Source of the DNA: a virus
DNA length: 64,000 nucleotides
IMG/VR virus record: IMGVR_UViG_3300020558_000217
Coordinates: 41,600-105,599 of that record
Direction: 5' to 3' (one strand)
Part shown: piece after piece, positions 56,675 to 64,000 of the stretch
Layout: every line of letters starts with the position of its first letter
How positions within the stretch are numbered: position 1 is the first letter of the stretch
Notes under the pieces: model-generated
The model's input: only the letters and a program-made list of their open reading frames with translations
The model's database searches: none
What the model was told of the DNA's origin: nothing
Translations under genes and position numbers: made by a program

Positions 56675-57531
56675 TGTTTGGTTCACCGTTTTATTTTGGT
56701 CTTATAAGAAAATATGTAATTCTCATGGGAACTTTGCTAAATCAGATTCGTATTACTAGAACAAACACAGCCGGGGATGTTACTGCTCTTTTAAGAGTGC
56801 CAATTACATATGCTCCTAAAGATAAAATGCTGGCTCGTATTACACAAGATCCAGGTTTAGACGCCCAAACAGCAGTAGCGCCATTGCCTATGATCTCTTT
56901 CGAGATGGGCAAAATGGTTTACGATGGCTCTAGAAAATTAAACACTATTGGTAAGGTTTCTGTCAAAGACGCTACTGACGCTGATAAGTTCAAATATCAA
57001 TATAATCCTGTTCCTTACAATATAGATTTTAAGGTTTTTATCTACGCTAAAAACGCTGAAGATGGAACTAAAATTATTGAACAGATACTTCCATATTTTA
57101 CTCCAGATTGGACTACCACTTGTAATTTAATTCCTGAAGTTAATGTTACAATGGACATACCAATCATTCTAAATAACATTAGTTATTCTGATAATTACGA
57201 TGGAGCTTATACTGAAAGAAGAGCTATAATTTGGCAGTTGGACTTTGTTTTGAAGGGGTATCTTTACGGACCTGTTAAATCTTCTGGTATCATTAAGTTC
57301 GTCAGAACACAGTTTTATATACCCTCTACAAATACTGCCGCTCAGGGTAGAGGTATAACTCAAATGGCAGAGAAGGTAACAGTTCAGCCAGGTTTAGACG
57401 CTAATGGCAATCCTATAAATTACTATGGTGGCCCAAACGCCAACACAGGAACTGTGCCTTATATTGAAATAAATTCTGATGATGATTATGGTTTCATAAC
57501 TCAAATCTATAACACTGATGAGATTGAATGA
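56674..57531 (+). CDS. 15: tail sheath stabiliser/completion gp15
   Basis: IRKYV..MGTL.N, VPITYAPK.K, LPMISFE, PVPYN, IIEQILPYFTP. Confidence 0.92.
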   Translation: MFGSPFYFGLIRKYVILMGTLLNQIRITRTNTAGDVTALLRVPITYAPKDKMLARITQDPGLDAQTAVAPLPMISFEMGKMVYDGSRKLNTIGKVSVKDATDADKFKYQYNPVPYNIDFKVFIYAKNAEDGTKIIEQILPYFTPDWTTTCNLIPEVNVTMDIPIILNNISYSDNYDGAYTERRAIIWQLDFVLKGYLYGPVKSSGIIKFVRTQFYIPSTNTAAQGRGITQMAEKVTVQPGLDANGNPINYYGGPNANTGTVPYIEINSDDDYGFITQIYNTDEIE

Positions 57532-57935
57532 CAGAAAAAAATGATGAAACGGATAAGAATCTTACTCCGTTACAATATGAAAAACAAATTGACAATTTGA
57601 TAGCAAAAGCTCATGATGATTCTGCTAGAAGTGATTTCGAAGCAGCTCGAGCTAATCTTTACGAAGTTATTCAAACAGGTCAAGAAGCAATTGATAAGCT
57701 ATCTGAAATAGCTGGTCAATCGCAGCATCCACGTGCGTTCGAAGTTCTTGCTAAGTTGATGGATACAGTTGTCAACACCAATAAAGAACTGTTAGAATTA
57801 CAAACAAAAATAAGAGACATTGACGCTAAGGATTCTCCTATAAGCGAAAAAGCTCAGACTATCAATAACAATCTATTTGTAGGATCGACAGCAGAGTTAC
57901 AAAAAGTTCTTAAGGATATGAAGAACAATGAATGA
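57528..57935 (+). CDS. 16: terminase small subunit gp16
   Basis: DFE.AR.NL, HPRAFEV, NNNLFVGSTAELQK. Confidence 0.93.
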   Translation: MTEKNDETDKNLTPLQYEKQIDNLIAKAHDDSARSDFEAARANLYEVIQTGQEAIDKLSEIAGQSQHPRAFEVLAKLMDTVVNTNKELLELQTKIRDIDAKDSPISEKAQTINNNLFVGSTAELQKVLKDMKNNE

Positions 57936-59568
57936 ATTGACTGGCGGTTATAAGGGTAATGTTCTATTAAAGAAAACTAATCAGAACATTGAATGGACTC
58001 CGGAATTAGTCCAGGAGTATGTTAAGTGTCAACAAGATCCTATCTATTTTACTGAAAATTATATGAAGATCATCTCAATTAACGAGGGTCTTACAAGTTT
58101 TAAAATGTATGATTATCAGAAGGATATGGTTAGATCTTTCAAAGATAATCGTTATTCTATAGTCACAACTGCTCGTCAGGCTGGTAAATCAACAACAACT
58201 TGCGCATTCATCCTTTGGTATATCATTTTCCATCCTGATAAAACTGTCGCTCTTTTGGCGAATAAAGGCGATACGGCTCGAGAAATTCTAGGTCGAGTTC
58301 AGCTCGCCTATCAACATCTACCTAAATGGCTACAGCAGGGTGTGGTTGAATGGAACAAAGGTTCGTTTGTTCTAGAAAACAATTCTCGTGTTTTGGCAGC
58401 GGCAACTTCAGCCAGCGCCATCCGTGGTTATACTATCAACCTTCTATTCATCGACGAAGCAGCGTTCATTGAAAATTGGGACGAATTTTTCACATCGGTT
58501 TATCCTACTATCTCATCAGGTTCAGAATCAAAGATTATTCTAGTTTCTACCCCTAATGGTCTAAATCATTTCCACGCTACTTGGGCTAATGCTCAAAAAG
58601 GTCAAAATGGTTATCATCCTATTCTTGTTCACTGGACTAGTGTTCCAGGTAGAGATGAAAAATGGAAATCTGAAACCATAGCAGGTATGAACTTCGACCT
58701 AGAGAAGTTTGATCAGGAATACAATTGTGAGTTCTTGGGGTCATCAGGAACACTTATTGCTGGTTGGAAACTCAAAGAACTGGTTTCTAGTAACCCTATC
58801 TTACAAAAAGATGGTTTGACTCAATTCAAGCCAGTAGAACCGAATCATGTATATATGATGGTATGCGACGTTTCTAGAGGCAAAGGATTAGACTATTCAG
58901 CGTTTCAGCTTATAGATGTTACAAATATGCCTTACCAACAGGTCGGAGTTTATAGAAATAATGCTATCACTCCTTTAGATTATGCTGATATTATTCATAG
59001 AACTGCTAAGGCATATAATAACGCCTCTGTGTTGGTTGAAGTAAATGATATTGGCGAACAAGTTTCAACTTCATTAAACTATGATTTTGGTTATGAGAAT
59101 GTTCTTTTTACTGAGAATGCAGGAAGATCTGGTAAAAGGATCACAACTGGATTTGGTGGAGGGAGCGTTGATAAAGGTATCCGTACCACTAAAATCGTCA
59201 AATCTATAGGTTGTTCTATATTAAAGCTACTTATAGAACAGAATCAATTAATCGTTAACGATATAAACACGATTAGCGAGTTAGGAACCTTTTCTAAAAA
59301 AGGAACTTCGTATGAAGCCGAGCCAGGGAAACACGACGATTTGGTAATGTGTTTGGTTCTATTTGCTTGGCTTTCAGACCAACAATATTTTAAAGATTAT
59401 ACTAATATTAATACTCTTATGTCACTGAGAGACAAAACTGAAGATGATATGGAGCAAGATTTGGCCCCATTCGGCTTTGTAGATTCTGGGAGAGATGATT
59501 TCGTTGAGGAAGAATATGAAAGATTTGTAGGCGACTCTTGGATGTGGAATCATCCGCAAGACTTCTAA
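57928..59568 (+). CDS. 17: terminase large subunit gp17
   Basis: Walker A RQAGKST, Walker B LFIDEAAF, STPNG, DVSRGKGLDYS, HDDLVM. Confidence 0.97.
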   Translation: MNELTGGYKGNVLLKKTNQNIEWTPELVQEYVKCQQDPIYFTENYMKIISINEGLTSFKMYDYQKDMVRSFKDNRYSIVTTARQAGKSTTTCAFILWYIIFHPDKTVALLANKGDTAREILGRVQLAYQHLPKWLQQGVVEWNKGSFVLENNSRVLAAATSASAIRGYTINLLFIDEAAFIENWDEFFTSVYPTISSGSESKIILVSTPNGLNHFHATWANAQKGQNGYHPILVHWTSVPGRDEKWKSETIAGMNFDLEKFDQEYNCEFLGSSGTLIAGWKLKELVSSNPILQKDGLTQFKPVEPNHVYMMVCDVSRGKGLDYSAFQLIDVTNMPYQQVGVYRNNAITPLDYADIIHRTAKAYNNASVLVEVNDIGEQVSTSLNYDFGYENVLFTENAGRSGKRITTGFGGGSVDKGIRTTKIVKSIGCSILKLLIEQNQLIVNDINTISELGTFSKKGTSYEAEPGKHDDLVMCLVLFAWLSDQQYFKDYTNINTLMSLRDKTEDDMEQDLAPFGFVDSGRDDFVEEEYERFVGDSWMWNHPQDF

Positions 59569-59580
59569 AAAAGCCCTTTT

Positions 59581-59588
59581 TATAAATA
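59581..59588 (+). promoter_or_regulatory. T4-type late promoter for the sheath gene
   Basis: Exact intergenic TATAAATA. Confidence 0.8.
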
Positions 59589-59634
59589 CAAAAAACAAAT
59601 ATACGAATGTTCTCGTAATAGGGAGAAAATAAAA

Positions 59635-62241
59635 ATGGCTTTTCAACTATCACCTGGTGTTAATGTATCTGAGATCGACCTTACAACAGTGGTTCCTTCA
59701 GTTGCCACAACTGATGGCGCCTTTGCTGGCGTTTTTCGTTGGGGTCCAATCGGAGAAAGAGTTTTAATCGACTCTGAAAATGCGCTAGTTACTCGATTTG
59801 GTAAACCAACCAATTTTAACGGCGAAACATTTTTCACAGCGGCGAACTTTCTATCATATACTAATCGCCTTTGGGTTTCACGTGCTGCTGATGTAACCGG
59901 AGCCACTCCTGTAGTTTCTGGTAACACTGATGGCGCTAATAATGTTGTTTTGATTGCCGATACATCTAACATTTTAGTAGGAATGTATCTTACTCAATGT
60001 TCAAATGCTAGCATTACTTTTGGTAATAGCTCAGTAAACACTGCAGTGCTTTCAACAATTTCAGTACTTTCTAAGAACTCATCTTCAGTAACCCTTTCAA
60101 GCAATGTAACTGCTACACAGAATGGCGTAAGTTTCTACTTTGCTCATCCAGCTTCAGCTTATACTGCTGTAGCTCTAGAGCCAGGTTCTTCAGCAATGGG
60201 CGCTAATGGGTTTGTTGCTAACCTAGTAAATCAGGTAGTCAAAAACGACAATGATTATGCTGATAAAGATGGCAACTTTGATCCAGACGTTATTTACGTT
60301 GCAAGATTCCCAGGCGACATGGGTAATTCTCTAAGAGTTGGAATTTGCGACACAGCAGAGAGCTTCAATTCAACAATCGCTCTAACTGGCGCTAATGTTG
60401 CTGGTAGTGGCGTAACTGCTAATGCTCGTATTGAATTCCGCCTTGGTTCAAACGTAGCAACTATTAAGTTTGCTGGCACTACAAATGCTGCAGCAAACAG
60501 TGTTGCAACTAAGTTGGCAAACGGCGATCAAGTTCTTGCTGGTAATAGTTCAATCAATCAGCAATATTTGATGGTTCAGTCAGTATCAGTAGGAAGTAAT
60601 GCAAGTTTCATTAATACTTCAACTATTGGTTTCAGTGGCTTGGATGTATCAAATACTTCTAACTTCATTACTATTGAAAGTAATCCATACTCAAACGGCG
60701 ATATTGTTAACTATTCTAACACAGCTGGAAACAGTCAAATTACCGGTCTAACACAGGGTATTAACTACCATGTAATTCAGGCTAATTCTTCTGGATTAAA
60801 ACTATCGCTAACACCATTTGGCGATGAAATTGATCTAACTACTACTTCTGGTGCAAATTCAACTCTAGTGGCAAACACCACTGTAGTCAGAATTAATCTT
60901 GAAGATTCTTACAGACTAAGAACTGATTTTGTCAGCAATACTATTGATCGTTATTGGGAATTCTTCAATGTCGTAGACGTTGCACCAGGTCAGTCTGATT
61001 TCGTACTAGCCAATGGTAACACTTCTGCACAAGACGAACTTCACGTCGTAGTTGTTGATGATGGTGGAAAATTCTCAGGAACACCAGGAACAATTCTTGA
61101 GGTTTATAGAGGTCTATCACGTGCTACTGATGGCAAGAATAATGATGGAACTGGTAATTACTACAAAGACGTAATTAATCAGAATTCTAATTATATTCGT
61201 TGGGCTAATGACCGTAGTATTGCTCCTTCTGCATCAGCACTAAATGTAGTTTCTTCATCAGCTACTGCTCCTGCTAATATAACCCTTGCTCATGGAGCTG
61301 ACGGTCTTAATGAATCATCAGCAACAATTGCTATCCTAGGTTCAGCTTATGATCTATTCCAGTCAGCCGAGGATATCGATATTTCTCTAGTTATCCAAGG
61401 AAAGCCTATTGGCGGAACTACTGCAGTAGGTGGAAGAACAGTCAATAATTTCCAGTTGGCTAATTATCTAATCGATAACATAGTCAATTCTAGAAGAGAT
61501 TGTGTGGTTCTAGTATCTCCTGATCGTTCAACAGTCCTTAATAACGTCGGCGACGAAGCTGTGGATCTTAAAGCATGGAGAGGATCTCTTAATAGTTCTT
61601 CATACGCTATCATGGATTCAGGTTATAAGTATCAATATGATCGTTATAATGACGTTTATCGTTGGGTTCCACTAAACGGTGACATTGCTGGTATCTGCGC
61701 AAGAACAGATACTACTAATGACGCTTGGTGGTCGCCAGCTGGTTTCAACCGTGGTCAAATTAAGAATCTAGTAAAACTAGCATTCAATCCACGCAAAGCA
61801 GAGCGCGACATTCTTTATAGTAACGGTATCAATCCTGTTGTAACATTCCCAGGTCAGGGAACTGTTCTATATGGAGATAAAACCCTACAGGACAAGCCAT
61901 CTGCCTTTGATCGTATCAATGTTCGCAGATTGTTTATTGTTCTTGAAAAGGCAATTGCTACTGCAGCTAAGTATCAGTTGTTCGAATTCAACGATGCTTT
62001 CACAAGAGCACAGTTTAGAAACCTTGTAACACCATATCTACGCACTATTAAAGGTCGTCGTGGTATTACTGATTTCTATGTTGTATGTGATGATACAAAC
62101 AACACTCCACAAATTATTGACAGCAATCAGTTTGTTGGAGACATCTATATTAAACCTGCTAGAAGCATTAACTTTATCCAGCTTAACTTCGTTGCTGTTC
62201 CAACTGGTGTTCAGTTCTCTGAAGTTATCGGTAAGTTTTAA
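59635..62241 (+). CDS. 18: tail sheath gp18 with inserted domains
   Basis: LSPGVNVSEIDLT, FRWGP, WWSPAGFNRG, FDRINVRRLF, FEFND.FTR, IKPARSINFI.LNF. Confidence 0.97.
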   Translation: MAFQLSPGVNVSEIDLTTVVPSVATTDGAFAGVFRWGPIGERVLIDSENALVTRFGKPTNFNGETFFTAANFLSYTNRLWVSRAADVTGATPVVSGNTDGANNVVLIADTSNILVGMYLTQCSNASITFGNSSVNTAVLSTISVLSKNSSSVTLSSNVTATQNGVSFYFAHPASAYTAVALEPGSSAMGANGFVANLVNQVVKNDNDYADKDGNFDPDVIYVARFPGDMGNSLRVGICDTAESFNSTIALTGANVAGSGVTANARIEFRLGSNVATIKFAGTTNAAANSVATKLANGDQVLAGNSSINQQYLMVQSVSVGSNASFINTSTIGFSGLDVSNTSNFITIESNPYSNGDIVNYSNTAGNSQITGLTQGINYHVIQANSSGLKLSLTPFGDEIDLTTTSGANSTLVANTTVVRINLEDSYRLRTDFVSNTIDRYWEFFNVVDVAPGQSDFVLANGNTSAQDELHVVVVDDGGKFSGTPGTILEVYRGLSRATDGKNNDGTGNYYKDVINQNSNYIRWANDRSIAPSASALNVVSSSATAPANITLAHGADGLNESSATIAILGSAYDLFQSAEDIDISLVIQGKPIGGTTAVGGRTVNNFQLANYLIDNIVNSRRDCVVLVSPDRSTVLNNVGDEAVDLKAWRGSLNSSSYAIMDSGYKYQYDRYNDVYRWVPLNGDIAGICARTDTTNDAWWSPAGFNRGQIKNLVKLAFNPRKAERDILYSNGINPVVTFPGQGTVLYGDKTLQDKPSAFDRINVRRLFIVLEKAIATAAKYQLFEFNDAFTRAQFRNLVTPYLRTIKGRRGITDFYVVCDDTNNTPQIIDSNQFVGDIYIKPARSINFIQLNFVAVPTGVQFSEVIGKF

Positions 62242-62273
62242 TAAATAGATAAAATATTCTAGGAGTAAAATAG

Positions 62274-62885
62274 ATGGCTTTTAATATTAACTCTTTTAAA
62301 GTAAATGGACTACCATGGGGGGGCGCTCGCCCCTCCCTCTTCCAAGTCCAAATAACACCGCCTCCTACTCTACCATTGAATCCTGAAGCATTTAAAAAGC
62401 TAGTTTTCACTTGTAGAGCAGCAGAGCTACCAGAGTCAACAATTTCTCAGATTGAAGTTCCATATTTCGGTCGTAGAATTAAGTTGGCTGGCGAAAGATC
62501 TTTTGCTGATTGGTCAATTACAGTAATGAACGATGAAGATTTCTCTGTACGTTCAATGTTTGAAGCATGGCAGAATGCTATCAATACGATGCAGACAAAT
62601 ATTCGTCTACCAGAAGCTGCTTTTGAACAATATAAAGCATTCGCTGTTGACGTTACACAGTTTGCTAAGGATGGCGAAGTACTTCGTGTTTATCAGCTAA
62701 TTGGTGCATTCCCAACTCAGCTTAGTGGCATTACACTAGGATGGGATTCGCAGAACGCTGTTGAAGAGTTTACTGTAAACTTTGCTTACGATTACTGGCT
62801 ACCAGTAATTGAAGACACTTCAGTCAAGACAGCTGGTAAAGTCACACCATATCTCGCTCAAACTGATATCGGACCAATAGTCTAA
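62274..62885 (+). CDS. 19: tail tube gp19
   Basis: GARPSLFQV, CRAAELP, GRRIKLAGERSF..W.ITV.NDEDF, EEFTV.F.YDYW. Confidence 0.95.
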   Translation: MAFNINSFKVNGLPWGGARPSLFQVQITPPPTLPLNPEAFKKLVFTCRAAELPESTISQIEVPYFGRRIKLAGERSFADWSITVMNDEDFSVRSMFEAWQNAINTMQTNIRLPEAAFEQYKAFAVDVTQFAKDGEVLRVYQLIGAFPTQLSGITLGWDSQNAVEEFTVNFAYDYWLPVIEDTSVKTAGKVTPYLAQTDIGPIV

Positions 62886-62904
62886 ATAAACTAAACTATG
62901 TGAA

Positions 62905-62932
62905 TGGAGGGAGTTAACTCCCTCCAACTTTT
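62905..62932 (+). terminator. hairpin terminator/attenuator between gp19 and gp20
   Basis: Perfect 22-bp palindrome TGGAGGGAGTTAACTCCCTCCA followed by ACTTTT. Confidence 0.7.
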
Positions 62933-62942
62933 GGAGAAATAA

Positions 62943-64000
62943 ATGGCAGAATTATTCGGTTTCGAATTCAGAAAAAAAAGACCAGACCCAGAGCTACCGT
63001 CGTTCGCTCCACCAAAGGACTCGGACGATGGTGCTGTTGTCGTATCAGCAGGTGGTGCTTTTGGCACTTATGTTGATCTTGATGGTACAGTAAGATCTGA
63101 AGCAGAACTAGTTACAAAATATCGTGAGATGTCATTACAACCAGAATGTGATGCAGCTGTTGATGAAATTGTCAATGAGTCTATTTCAATTGATGAAGAA
63201 CATATTGTTCAAATTAATCTAGAACAATTAAACGTCAAAGACAATATTAAAAAAATCATTAGAGACGAGTTTCAGCATTGTTTGAACCTTTTAGGTTTCA
63301 ACAAATATGCATATGAAATTTATAGACGCTGGTATATTGATGGTCGTTTATATTATCATGTTATTATTGATGACAATAATCCATCAGCTGGTATCAAAGA
63401 AGTTCGTTACGTTGATCCAAGAAAGATCCGTAAAGTCCGCGAAGTTCAAAAGAAAAAAATTCAAGCCAACAATCCAGGCGATGCAATTGTTACCAAAACA
63501 GTTAATGAATATTTTATCTTTAACGACAAAGGTTTCAATTTCGGTAATAAAGCAGTCGGTCCATCAACTACTGGTTTAAAGATTGCTAAAGATTCTATTC
63601 TACATGTTGTGTCAGGTCTAACAGACAATCAAGGCACAATGGTTCTTTCCTATCTGCATAAAGCTATTAAACCGCTAAACCAGTTGCGCACCCTGGAAGA
63701 CGCCTTAGTGATTTATCGCCTTGCTCGTGCGCCCGAAAGACGTATTTGGTATATCGATGTTGGTAATCTGCCTAAGATGAAGGCAGAGCAGTACGTTCGT
63801 GATATTATGGTTAAGCATAAAAACAGATTAATCTATGACGCCCAGACAGGCGACATTAGAGATGACCGCAAATTCATGACGATGCTAGAGGATTACTGGC
63901 TACCTCGTCGTGAAGGTGGTAGAGGTACGGAGGTTACTACCCTACCAGGCGGTCAGACATTGGGACAGATGGACGACGTTTTATACTTTCAAAAGAAGTT
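62943..64000 (+). CDS. 20: portal protein gp20 (3'-truncated by window)
   Basis: MAELFGF, YREM...PECD.AVDEIVNE, RWYIDGR, IYRLARAPERR..YIDVGNLP..KAEQY, EDYWLPRREGGRGTE.TTLPGG. Confidence 0.96.
   Translation, partial: MAELFGFEFRKKRPDPELPSFAPPKDSDDGAVVVSAGGAFGTYVDLDGTVRSEAELVTKYREMSLQPECDAAVDEIVNESISIDEEHIVQINLEQLNVKDNIKKIIRDEFQHCLNLLGFNKYAYEIYRRWYIDGRLYYHVIIDDNNPSAGIKEVRYVDPRKIRKVREVQKKKIQANNPGDAIVTKTVNEYFIFNDKGFNFGNKAVGPSTTGLKIAKDSILHVVSGLTDNQGTMVLSYLHKAIKPLNQLRTLEDALVIYRLARAPERRIWYIDVGNLPKMKAEQYVRDIMVKHKNRLIYDAQTGDIRDDRKFMTMLEDYWLPRREGGRGTEVTTLPGGQTLGQMDDVLYFQKK

Noticed and set aside
57928-59568. Intein or intron in the terminase
   Set aside because: The ORF is continuous and of normal length (546 aa), with no splicing motifs.
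63307-63579. 90-aa ORF in the track
   Set aside because: It is an alternative frame inside the portal gene gp20, which runs from 62943 past the window end.

Overview
This window is a low-GC segment of a large T4-like myovirus genome. The host is probably an alphaproteobacterium, inferred from a circularly permuted two-piece tmRNA with an ANDNF...LAA tag. Left end: small secreted, lipoprotein and membrane ORFs, the tmRNA, tRNA-Arg(UCU), then gp33, a HExxH protein, gp59 and gp32. Next comes a minus-strand block (two-domain muralytic hub protein, gp51, gp26, gp54-like, gp2, gp4) and a plus-strand baseplate block (gp48, gp53, gp27-like, gp5 split around a 491-aa unknown, PAAR, gp25, gp6, gp7, gp9-like, gp8, split VrlC-like). 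A large tail-fibre/adhesin region follows, with repeat-rich fibres, two S74-chaperoned fibres, an Asp-box propeller, three RCC1-repeat proteins and a Gly-rich adhesin. Embedded in it is a glycosylation island: TPR-GT9-like, two GT-A glycosyltransferases, an FkbM methyltransferase and an inverted hldE-cupin-HAD-hldD nucleotide-heptose operon. The right end carries gp13-gp19 and the start of gp20. The most striking signal is that outward-facing virion proteins are very dense in N-X-S/T sequons (about 65 by hand count in the 1020-aa fibre, preserved through repeat variation). Together with the island, this suggests a phage-encoded virion protein (N-)glycosylation system, possibly with heptose. 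All family assignments come from motif recognition and synteny; no database searches were run.
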